A DNA stretch of 64,000 nucleotides from Cladosporium halotolerans (lineage: Eukaryota), in assembly GCF_011745625.1 (NCBI RefSeq), contig NW_027191464.1, positions 1 through 64,000 of the forward strand, in the 5' to 3' direction. This document shows positions 44,846 to 55,801 of this stretch, piece after piece; within the stretch, counting starts at the first letter, position 1, and each line of letters starts with the position of its first letter. The translations under genes were made by a program, and so were the position numbers. The notes under the pieces were generated by a model that was given only the letters and a program-made list of their open reading frames with translations, was not told the DNA's origin and did no database searches.

Positions 44846-47800
44846 TGTCTGTGTTGTTTTTCTTATGACCTGAGTTGTATTGTAATGAAGGAGTCAGTCG
44901 AGGTACGTGAAGAAGGTGACTACTACTCGTGGCTGCCAACTGTTCGATGAAACGACACATGCGACTTTAAGTGGGCAGGAAAGGTGGACCGGCGGGGTTA
45001 CGCGTCGACGAGGATGCACTGATCATGCCCGACTTTCTCCCTGGTACCATGTACCTACAGAAGTACACAATTGGTTCGCCTTGATTGACGCCCTGCAAGG
45101 ATGAGAATTGAGCATCTCAATGGCCGTCGTAAGCCATATAGCGACGTCGGTCAAGTGAGGTCGACGGCAATGCGGCTGTCACACGTCGCACACTGCCCAA
45201 TGCGCCCGGGCTTCAGGCCGTCTTACCCCAACCCTAACCCTCATTTTTCCGACCATCTTCACAATGTCATCAAGCATCACTTCTTCCTTGTCCGCGTTTG
45301 AGATTGCTGACTATATCGTTCAAGATACTCCGTCCAAGAGGGGGAAAACGAAACATGAAAAAGAAGCCAGCCTCCAGGTCAAAGTGTGCTGATGATGACG
45401 TTATTGCACCCAGGATTGGCCGTTTTGTCCGCTACAATGCCAAATATCAATCGAACACTTTCGTGTGGAGAACCAAGTCCAACCGAGAGACAGACGACAA
45501 CATTGGATCAGACCTCACGGCTTCTGGTCGACATCCCTTCCCGTCAAGCAACCATTGACCCGAAAATTTGTGTGTCAATTTTCATTGCCAACCAGCCCAG
45601 ACCTTTCAAGAGCCACGCGCGCTCCACATCAAAACGCATGATAATAAACAGCCATCACATAACACCAACTCTAGAACCCCTCCCTAAGTACCAGGAAATG
45701 CAAACATAGCCACCTCTTTTGCCACAGCGCTTGTGAGAGTGTGGACGTTGGCTTGGAGTTATTGGGGGGCAATTCGTCGTGATGCAGGGCGCTTAGCTGA
45801 AGAGATTCTGACAGAATGTCCTGTCTATGCAACGCGGACATGGACGCGAGTCCCATCGTTCGCACGCTTGACGCCCAAGAGTTCTAGCAATGGAGGTCCT
45901 GCCACTGGACTGGACTTTGTAAAGGGAGAATCTAGGCCAATGCCAGAGCGTGCCAGGAGGTCGTCGTGTAACGATGCGATTCGCGCCAACTCATCAACTG
46001 ACGGAATACGAGACCTACGTTCGAGTGGTAGATGCTCGTCTTCACGCACCCAGCGTTGCGTGCAGTACAGACCGAAACCCTACAATGACGTATCGGCGGA
46101 GAAGGTGGATGGAGAGAGACACCACCATGACAACTACGCAAACTCAGGATGCCTTGCCACTCACCTCTCTCAGCACAATTATCGCCGAATGTTGACCTTC
46201 AATACTTACGATCAGCCACGCTGTCAGATCGCACGTACGGAGATGAACCGTCTCAGTCGCCCACAAATTTCATCGAGGTCAGCTCATCTGCCGGCATCTT
46301 ACACGCCTACACGGCCGTGTCGCGCAAGTGACGATGGGCGGAGGATGTCTTCCGGCGGCCGATGGGGAATTTGAAGAACTGGGATGCGCGGCTGCTCGTC
46401 ATCACGGAACCCACAGTAACAAGTGTGTCCGGATCGGCGGATGGGGTTGTGGCCGGATTCGTCGGACGGATCGCGGAATTGATGTGAGGATACTGTCGTT
46501 GCTTCCAACGTGTGCGTGAGAGTCAGAGTGTTTGTTGTTGACGGCCGATGTGCCGGCTGCTCTGTTTGTATGTTTTGATAATGTCAATGGAGAGCTTCCG
46601 GTGGATTACTGCACGAATTCATCGCGAGTATCACAGTACCTCACTTCATCAAGGCGGACGAAGCGAATGCGGATCGCGGGTTGCCTTGCATGCACCTTGT
46701 CGGTCATCTTCATAGCACGTTTGTTAGCAGGATGTGTGAAAGCACCTGCTAATGCTGCCAACCAAAGGCACTCAAACGCAAGCAATGGACAACGTTGACC
46801 TCCCGCGTCTCGCTTGGTTTGCTCAGTGACGCCTTTGTACACTTGATACTGTGTGACGACAACGATTGATTTGTGGACTGCAGACCAATTACAGCCGATT
46901 AATCATAATCTCATCCTCACATCAAACCAAATCTCAGACGACCAAACCTTCGACCGTGATAGCCATTCCCATCACGCGTAGAAAACGGCGCACATCGGTC
47001 GGGGCAGACGGTTGGGTGTTTCTGATGTCGACACAACGGCGACTGGGCGCCGGGGAGGAAGTCACGACGCGAGGTTTGCGTGATCTGGGTTGGGGATACG
47101 AGCGAACACGAGCCCCACGACGACCAGACAATACATACGAGTCCCGACTGCACACCAGTGATACGAATAACAGCCGCACGAGGACGAGCGCGGCCCTGCC
47201 CTTCGCCGGCTTCACAACCACCACTACATACGTTAGGAACATATAGCCGGCCTCTGCACCCGCATCCCCATCTACCGTCCCAACAGCCGCCTCACGACTA
47301 CACCTCGCTCAAAATAAACCGCATCCAGACCAAACCGCTCGCACCGGGCGTGACGAAGCGTGCGTCCGCAACAGGAGCAAGAAGCCATAGCGCGGCGCGA
47401 CCGACCTCCCGGACCGCGTCGTGGGACGGGGGAGAGCGGCCGGTCGCGCTAGGGGGGCTCCAGCGCGCTGTGTCGGGACTGCGGATGGCTGCGAAGGTGG
47501 CGTGGGTGGGATAGAGAGAGTCTAGCGGAGCGCGGTTGGAAGGACGCCGTGAGACCGCGGAGGATGCCAGCGACGGCGTGGGATGGTGCGGACCAGCAGC
47601 CCGGGCGGCGAGGTACCAGGCTGCGAGGAGATCTGTTGTCTCAGATAAAGGAAGACTGTGGACCTACGTGGCCGCATTTGGCGACGCAATACCAATTCGG
47701 GAGGGACTTTTTTGCTTTTCTGTGCGTGCTTTGGGGAAGCGCTCCGAGGAAATAGGACGGCATGAGGAAAGCTTGGTTACTTGCTTCTTGATCGACGAGC

Positions 47801-50585
47801 TGCTGGGTCGTGCTTTGAGCGCTTGCGATAAGGCTGCTCGAAGTGAGTTCTCGGTCGCTACATACAGTACTTGCCATCGAGATCATGATTCTCCGCCAGA
47901 AGCCCCGTGTCGCCTACCATGATGGCCTGGCCGGGACTACGAGAAGAGCGCAACGGCAAGGGTTACTGGCGAATGCGCTACGAACCCCCTAGGAATGAAA
48001 GATCACCGCATCGGGCAGGCCGTGCCTTGAAGACCACGTGCAGACCGGCGTTGATCGGTCGAAAATCGCTGCTCTGAGCGCCCGTGTCAATGCGTGATTG
48101 TCCAGCAACGGTTGTTCTCCGTCGACAAGGCTCGAAGGACATCATGTCGCTTGTTTACGCGATGTAACGCGTGCAAAGATTGTATGTCAGGGCAGAATCA
48201 CAGCGCCGAAGCGAGGTGGTGACAGACCGCGGCATGCTTGTGGACGCGCGGTCTATCACGCCGTAAAAAAGGCAATTTTCCAGATCAGAGAGTTACGACC
48301 GTGGGTTTATGTGACGAAACGACCCGCCTCCGCGAGCAAGGCAATCTTAGAGCCCGACGGCGCTGTCGATCACTTTTGGCAGAAAGTAGTGCCTGAACCA
48401 ATGCAGAAAAGGGCCGGCGAGGAGATGTGCCGATAAGATAAGTCAAGACGTCGTGTTCCACAGTGCACTGCACTGGTTCTGTGAGAGGGGTTCAGGCCTG
48501 GCACTCCAGACTGCCGGTGTTGTTCTCGAGTAATGGCGAGAGATGACGGCAGTGCAGACGGCTCGTGAATCGTGATGTCTTCATAAAACTTGCTCGTGCG
48601 CTTGCTCCGGATTTGTGCCCTGTGGGAACTTGAGCAGTGGAGGGACTTGCACGTCGTGCTCGGGCCTCGATGCTAAATCGCAAGTGCGCACAGCCATCAC
48701 CGCCTCGGACCAACTCGGTCAAGAGAGATTGAACGCTCGCTCGATTCCGCGTCCTCTGCACGAGCGGTGAAAGAGATGAGGTGAGGTTACAGCGGGGAGC
48801 AGGTCGCCATCTTAAGCAGTCATATGTCTCGCTGGGATCAGGAGTATTCTGAGACGTTAACAGCCGATGATATTGAAACAGATGGACAGCAAACACGGGT
48901 CCAGCTCCATGGTAAGGGACGATCCCGGCGGAGAGGCAGCGGGCGGTGGGCCAAGGCGGCCGTTGACTAGTATTGCAAATTGGCCGTAGGCGTGGGAGAT
49001 AACTGGGCCTCGCGACGCGGCGGGCTGCTGCCGGCACTTCAGACTTCGAGACCAGGACTCCAGAAGCGGAAACGCTCCACCGCGGGCAGCCTGCGCGCTG
49101 CTGCTTTGGTTGCGCTTCTGTAGGCCCGGAAGACAAATGTCGGCTAACCAGGCTAGGAGCGAAGTCGTGCGCGCACCGCCGCCGCCGGGGTCAGAGTCGA
49201 GGAGAAGGTGTGCGCGTTCGCGCTGTCGCCATGGGCGCTTCCACGCTCACCGCCGTTGCATGCGGCGCTGCCGGCGGTCGTTGCGGCTGCATGAGGGCAC
49301 TTCGTACTGGCAGAGCGATAGCAGGCCGGCAGCGATCATACAGGGCTGCGCGTGCGGGCGATGCAGTGCAGGGAGGCGAGAGGGCGGCGTGCTGAGGCCT
49401 GCCGCAAGCGGCAAGGGGCGACGCACGGGACGGTGGAAGAGGCGCTGGAGGCGTTCGGCCGGCCACCGACCCTGAGGAATGGCACCTTCGCACTGCCGTC
49501 CATGGCACTAAGGGATGGGGCCCTGCAGATCACCGGCGCCTGCGTCTAGGTATTCCATCGTCATGGCGATAGGGCGAAGGGGCAGCAAAGCCGGCGCAGG
49601 CGTAGCGTTTGCTCGCGCCGTCCGAGCGGGCGCCAGCATTGATGCGCGCCAGAGAGGGCGATGGCCGCATGGGCGTGGCCAGCATCTCGCGGTTGGCGTG
49701 GGTGGTAAGGTAAGTAGTGACGAGTGACGATGGGTGTTGCGCGGGCACGTGGAGCGCGCGCCGGCGCACTTATCCTCGCGCGCCTCCCTATATTACACTC
49801 GCTCGTGTCTTGCGGCCCGCCCAGCTCTGCTGCCGTATTATTACTCTCGCCGGTGTACTGAACGGTGTGCGGCGAACCGCCCAACTGTCTGTCTGAGCAA
49901 GGGAGCTGCCGGCCGAAACCTCCCAAACCTTGCGCGCGCCGGATACCACTCTGCTAACGGCCCTCTCTCACACCCTCCGCGAGCCCGCGAGCCCGCGAAC
50001 CTCACACCCACGATCACACGCCGCGGGCTTTCCTTGCCTACTGTCTCGCCCTTACGACCCCTCCGACCTCACTCGCTCACTTCACTCTCCGTTGCCACCC
50101 TGTGCCACAGCCCTCGCTTCACCTGGCCACGGCTGCCCTCCCTCACTCGCTCTCTCACCCCACCAAGTCGTGCCTACTACAACTGGCTTCACCCCGCCAA
50201 CACGATCGCTGTTCCCTATCACCGTCTGAAACTCGCGGAAAGCGCTCTCAAACCAACGTCAACGGCTGTCGAGGAACGCTTGATTGCGCAGGTGAGTACA
50301 CAACCCAATGGTGCGACCGTGCTGCCCACATGATCGAGCGCCCACATTCCTCCGACTGCTCGGAACGCCGCACGAGCAAACATGCTGATGTTCCAGCCCT
50401 CTCCAGACCTCGACTGGAACGCACGCGGAACTCCGAGCCGAACCACTGCCTGCCATTGCACCTCACCACACATGGACCACTCGTAAATCGAATGCGGACG
50501 GCGAAGGCCTGCAGTCAATTCGCAAGCTGATCTCACACCAATGCATGATTACGGCCACAGCGCGTGGCCTGGGAACGGTGGAAGT

Positions 50586-53500
50586 ATGGCGGCTTCAAGG
50601 GACAACTCACACCGGCCGGCGCCGCTCAGCACACTTCAGTCTAGAAGCATAGATCCCAGTCACCACCAGATGACTCCTCCAGAGACCCCAATCAGCCCCG
50701 AACCCGGCGTAAACCGGTCGCCAACGCCAGAACCCCTCTTTCACAACTACCTTAGGGTTCTCCACGCCTTTGATCCCACCAGCGAACCTTCTACCAGCAG
50801 CGATGAAGATTCAGTAACCGTTGCGATTAAGCAAGGCGACCTGATCCTTGTACACTCAAAGCACGAGAATGGCTGGGCAGACGGCACGTTGTTCTCCTCG
50901 GGGAACCGAGGATGGGTGCCTACCAACTACTGCGAACCATATGATCACCCCTACATCCGCAACTTGCTGAACGCAATGACTCAGTTCTGGGACCTTCTGG
51001 AGGACAGCGAGGAGGCCAGCTTCAAGAAATTCACACGACCGGAATACGTGAAAGGATTGATCGCCGGCGTGAGATACCTACTGGAGCACGCCAGTTGTTT
51101 GCACAGAGACGCCCAGCTGGTACAGCAAAATGTCGGAATCAGACGGATGCGCAAAGGGTTGCTGGCGGATCTGTCGTCGATGGTGGCGAAGGCGAAGGAG
51201 CTGCAGGAGGAGGTGGGCCAGCCTTACGCTGGCGAGATAATTCCCATCGTTCTCGACGAGCTGGTCACCAAAGCGTTCAGAGTTGTGACACGCGCTGTTC
51301 GCTTTGTGGATGCCTGGACCCAGGAAGCCATGACCGGACCTCGAGACATCAACGGGTCCAGGACGGAAGCCTCAACAATGTCTCCTCTGGATCTGTACTT
51401 TGGACCCGAAGTCACAGCTTCTCTCAGATCACCTGAATCGAGACACGAGAACGGCGATATATTGTCCGACGATGAGAGCAGTGTCGACCAACGCTCCATC
51501 AACGCCATGTCAACCCCAGCATCGAGCAGGCAGAGATCGAATGTTCATACGCCTCGCACTAGCGGAACGTCGCATCGTCTCTCACTCATCCGTGAAGAGC
51601 GACGGTCAGGGGACAACGCCTCAGAACAACTCTCGCAGGCTCACGACCTTTGCATCGGCCATATCGGCAAATTCCTTGGACACCACTTACAATCCCGCTC
51701 TCACTCAGAATTATTGGATACCACTCAGCGCTTGACATCGGCCTGCCAAAGCCTGGTGGCCGTCATGGACCAGGTCAATGGAGTCAATTCTGAGCCATCT
51801 TCAGCCATGAAATATGCCAAAGAGTCTCTACTGGAAGTGCTCCACGAGCTTGTGCAGTCGACGAAAGAAGTCTTCACCTTCTCAGACCTTCCGGACGATG
51901 ATGCGGTAATGTTGCCAGATCAAGCTAACCGCTTGGTTGCCGTGGGTACGAGCTTGATCCGGTCAGTCGGCGAATGTGTAGCTCAAACCCGCAGGAGGCT
52001 GGAGAAGACGGGAGACTTCCAGCTTTCGAAACCACCTATTCTCGACGAGGACTCTAGTGAGGACGACGTTCATGATTCAGACGTATCACCTGGAGCCGAA
52101 GATCCTGCAGTTGCCGCTCGAGCTGCAGACGAGGCTCGCAAACGAAAGACTCTACCGCCTTTGCCCCCTGTCGACACTCGCATGTCCCGCATCAACCCAC
52201 TTATGAACGACCTTGGAATGCCTTCTCCGGCGATCACGATATCCACGGATAGCCCTCTTGCTTCGTCGGCAGTCGAGAGCAACCATTCGAGAGCGCCATC
52301 TACACAAGTGGCCGAGGCTGGTCCATTGAAGGCGCCGCTCTCCTTTGGAGATGAAATCACCCAGCCCGAGCGCAAAGACAGCGTTAGCACCTGTGTAACC
52401 GAATCTTTCAGCACACAGGCTAGCATGTGCCGGGACACAGAAATGAGCACGGTATCCGAGGCTTCAACGAGGGCTTCGACACCAGAAGGCCGCAAGAACG
52501 AAGGCCTCAACCCCAAACTGCTGAATAGCTTCGCCAGCATTTCCAGCATGACTTCGGCAAACACCGAAGCCAGCAACGACGCCGACACGGCTCTTCTCCA
52601 GAAATCATACGCGCACGAACTGATCCTGAACCACCATGGGCAGGTCATCGGCGGGAGCTTGAATGCTCTGGTGGAGCAGCTTACGACACACGACACCACG
52701 CCGGATTTGAACTTTGCCACAACCTTTTACCTCACCTTCAGATTCTTTGCAAATGCTCGCAGCCTCACGCAGGCACTGGTCGAGCGCTTTGACTACGTCG
52801 GCGACAGCGTGGCCGTGGGCAAGCCAGTAAGGCTCCGCATTTGCCAGTGCTTCAAGGGATGGCTGGAGACGTACTGGAACGCGGACGCCGACAAGGACGC
52901 ACTCGACGACATCAAGAGCTTTGCCCAGCACAAGCTCAGACCTCACCTTCCGTCTGCGGCCGACCGCTTGCTCGAGCTTACTAGGCGGATCACTGCGGCG
53001 TACGAGAATGGCACCGTCATCGAGCCGCTGGTCTCTGGAGTCGGCAAGACCAGCATGCTGGTCGATACCAAGCGCGACGCGGACGCGGCTATTCCGAACC
53101 CGGCCATTTCGAAGGCGTCTATGAATGCGCTGAAGCACCGCCCTGAGAACCCTGCTGATCTCAGCATTCTTGATCTCGACCCTCTCGAGCTTGCCCGACA
53201 GCTTACGCTCATGACCTCGAGAGTCTACTGCGAGATCAAGCCTGAGGAACTGCTCAGCCTCGGCTTTGCCAAGAAGAGCTCTTCGAACAAGTCGAGCAAC
53301 GTACGCAACCTGCAAAAACTCAACACAGACCTCGCCTACACAGTCAGCGACAGCGTCCTTCTGCCGACCGAAGTGAAGAAGCGCGCCCTGATCATCAAGC
53401 ACTGGATCAGAGTCGCGGCCTGCTGCTACGAGATGCGCAACTTTGAGTGCCTGATGGCCATCGTCGCCTCCCTGCAGACCTCCATGATCCAGCGCCTCAA

Positions 53501-54164
53501 ACGCACCTGGGAGCTCATCCCCAAGAAGATCAAGGCCAAATTCGACGAGCTCAAAGCCATCATCGACATCTCCTCCAACTACACCTGCCTGCGCCGGCAC
53601 GTCGACGAAGCCTCCGCGCCCTGTCTCCCCTTCCTCGGCGTCTACCTCACGGACCTCACCTTCATCGACGCCGGCAACAAAACCTCCCGCCAGATCCCCG
53701 GCAGCGCTAGTGGGAACGCACTCTCCGTCATCAACTTCAACAAATACGCCCTCATGGCCAAAATCGTCGCGCAAGTCCAGCGCTTCCAGGTCCCCTACCG
53801 CTTCCACGCCGTCCCCGAACTCCAGGCCTGGCTCGACGCCTACCTCCTCCGCATGCGCGCTTCGAACGCCGAGATGGCCGCGTCCTTCCACCGCCGCAGC
53901 CTGGTCCTCGAGCCCCGCGACGAGCACCGCCCGTCGATCCCGAACACAAACCTCATGCCGCCTCGCGCCGTCGCAAGCGAGCCCGTGAGTCCGGTCGAGA
54001 GGCCGAAGACGGCGCACGAGGAGAAGGAGGGCGAGAAGCCGGAGGCCCCGACGGTGGCCAAGGACCATTCGAGGATGGATCTGTTCTGGAAGGGGAACAC
54101 TTTCGGCTTCAAGGCTGCGTTTGGCGGCGGCAGGGCGGATGCGCACGCTGCCGGGTCGGGTTAA
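50586..54164 (+). CDS. SH3-domain Ras-family guanine nucleotide exchange factor (Cdc25/Bud5-like), about 1192 aa
   Basis: SH3 (GDLILVHSKHENGWADGT...RGWVPTNYC), REM domain (GGSLNALVEQLT, FYLTFRFF, KGWLETYW) and CDC25 domain (ELARQLTL, IQRLKRTW, PCLPFLGVYLTDLTFIDAGN, INFNK). ATG 50541 probably lies inside a 5' UTR intron (50292-50560), so ATG 50586 is preferred. Confidence 0.9.
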   Translation: MAASRDNSHRPAPLSTLQSRSIDPSHHQMTPPETPISPEPGVNRSPTPEPLFHNYLRVLHAFDPTSEPSTSSDEDSVTVAIKQGDLILVHSKHENGWADGTLFSSGNRGWVPTNYCEPYDHPYIRNLLNAMTQFWDLLEDSEEASFKKFTRPEYVKGLIAGVRYLLEHASCLHRDAQLVQQNVGIRRMRKGLLADLSSMVAKAKELQEEVGQPYAGEIIPIVLDELVTKAFRVVTRAVRFVDAWTQEAMTGPRDINGSRTEASTMSPLDLYFGPEVTASLRSPESRHENGDILSDDESSVDQRSINAMSTPASSRQRSNVHTPRTSGTSHRLSLIREERRSGDNASEQLSQAHDLCIGHIGKFLGHHLQSRSHSELLDTTQRLTSACQSLVAVMDQVNGVNSEPSSAMKYAKESLLEVLHELVQSTKEVFTFSDLPDDDAVMLPDQANRLVAVGTSLIRSVGECVAQTRRRLEKTGDFQLSKPPILDEDSSEDDVHDSDVSPGAEDPAVAARAADEARKRKTLPPLPPVDTRMSRINPLMNDLGMPSPAITISTDSPLASSAVESNHSRAPSTQVAEAGPLKAPLSFGDEITQPERKDSVSTCVTESFSTQASMCRDTEMSTVSEASTRASTPEGRKNEGLNPKLLNSFASISSMTSANTEASNDADTALLQKSYAHELILNHHGQVIGGSLNALVEQLTTHDTTPDLNFATTFYLTFRFFANARSLTQALVERFDYVGDSVAVGKPVRLRICQCFKGWLETYWNADADKDALDDIKSFAQHKLRPHLPSAADRLLELTRRITAAYENGTVIEPLVSGVGKTSMLVDTKRDADAAIPNPAISKASMNALKHRPENPADLSILDLDPLELARQLTLMTSRVYCEIKPEELLSLGFAKKSSSNKSSNVRNLQKLNTDLAYTVSDSVLLPTEVKKRALIIKHWIRVAACCYEMRNFECLMAIVASLQTSMIQRLKRTWELIPKKIKAKFDELKAIIDISSNYTCLRRHVDEASAPCLPFLGVYLTDLTFIDAGNKTSRQIPGSASGNALSVINFNKYALMAKIVAQVQRFQVPYRFHAVPELQAWLDAYLLRMRASNAEMAASFHRRSLVLEPRDEHRPSIPNTNLMPPRAVASEPVSPVERPKTAHEEKEGEKPEAPTVAKDHSRMDLFWKGNTFGFKAAFGGGRADAHAAGSG

Positions 54165-55801
54165 GGGAGGGGGTGCTCGGTTGGATCAGAGCCACCCCCC
54201 GCTTGGCCGCTCTGTGGTTTCGTTTTCCTTTTTTTGCTTGTTTTTTTCTCTTTCCTCTTTTTACGATGATACCCAACACTGCGGGAACACAAAAGCCTCT
54301 CTCTCCTCACTTTCCTCTCTGTTCTCTGACGGCCACGCATGGGCAGCACGGGTACGGCGGCATTTTCTGGTTTTCTTTCTTCAATCAATGATCACGGAGA
54401 ATGATCCTTTGTACTAGAGAGAAATGCTCGGAGATTGCCCCAGCACGGCCAGGAAATGCTGAGAGATTCAGGAAACTGGGGGCTTTTGGATATGTACAGA
54501 TTAGCGACGAGAAGGAGGTGGAGGGATCGAGGGATAGAGAGAAGGAGAAGTGTGTATGTATAGAGGCATTTTCGGTTGAGGTTTCGATGGGTAGACGAAG
54601 CCTAATGGAGACGAAAGTCATTAGATGAAGAGATCGTGTCACATGCCGTTGGTTTTTTTTTTTGTAAGCCTCCTTCCAATTCTGGGTATCGTCCGTCTGA
54701 GGTTGCTGGGTAGAGGAGTTTTGGTCGATGGTCACATGAATCGCATTACTATCAGACCGGAAAAAGGTGCTTGTTCTTCGTATCTCCTCAGCTTGTCACA
54801 TGCCATTCCTTCCTGTCCTCGTTTTCGTCTTTGCCCCAATCCCATTCAGGATATTCTCCGTCTGAGGTTCCCGCGTGTTACCGTTTTTGCTCTCGTAAAC
54901 GGTACGCCCTGAACACACTCGAGATGGCAGACCGAGGCTCCTCAGGACGCTTCCACACCCTTCACCGACACTCTCTCCCAGGCTAGCCAGTCTTTCACAT
55001 GCCAGAGCAATCCAGCCGCACCGCCGTCGTGCGACCACAATCACGCTGTGGAACCCCTCCCAGCCAGCACGGCCACCGCGAGCCTAACCCGGCCCACCCA
55101 GTCCGCTCGCGAGGTGGAGGCAGGCCGGCCACCAGAAGTCGCACGTCCGATCAATCTCAGCAAGCGAGCTGCCGCCCAGCCCAGTCGAAATCTGCCGCCG
55201 GCGAATGAAGATCGATTTACGGGCGTAGAAGGCCAGTCCGAAAGGGAATAAGCGAGAAACGCTCGTCTGATCGACCGTGCAGCGCGCGGGCTCTTTTGCA
55301 ATTAGCTGCGCACGGGCCGCGGAGCTGTGACGTTGCGCTGTGGCTCGCTCTGGGCCTCGCTGTCACATGTCAGGCGACGCCTGGCTGCTTTGGCTTTGGC
55401 TCCCCCGGCCGGACGACTGACGGAGACGGGGAGACTTCCTGCCTTGGTGTACAGTACCTTCAAAGCGTGTGAAGTTTTCGGAACACGTTTTGCTTTGCCT
55501 CTGAATTATTACAATTTGACACTTGCATGACCGGTTGTTTGCTGAAGAGCTGAGAGGCGCGAGATTCAAGAGTCGGGACGGACGAGCCTGGTCGCGTGCT
55601 GCCTGCTGGCTTTTGAAGGCTGGAGGCTTGTGGGTTTGGGACTTGGGTGCGGAGGGAGCACGTGAGTTTGGCCACTGTTTGCGCTGTCGACCGTCTGGAC
55701 TTAGGAGGAGGAGGAGGTAGACCGTCGCCTGGCGCAGCTGCAAGCGCCCACACCCGCAAGGCGGTGGCAAGAGACTGATCAGGGAAGAGGTGGACATCAC
55801 A

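Noticed and set aside
45228..45241. CAACCCTAACCCT telomere-like sequence
   Set aside because: Only about two units, within chance expectation.
45392..45500. ATGATGA box C-like motif (possible C/D snoRNA)
   Set aside because: No suitably placed CTGA D box or terminal stem was found.
45733..49926. Scattered ORFs such as 45733..46374 and 48492..49136
   Set aside because: No recognisable domains or codon bias like the real genes, and many start at non-ATG codons. Treated as intergenic.
52605..54146. 513-aa antisense ORF over the RasGEF gene, and similar antisense ORFs over CDC10, GH2, AXL2 and NCBP3
   Set aside because: Shadow ORFs expected from high-GC3 codon usage on the sense strand.
54923..55208. 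Short ATG ORFs upstream of the CHY/RING gene
   Set aside because: I could not splice them in frame to the gene, and there is no evidence they lie within its transcript.
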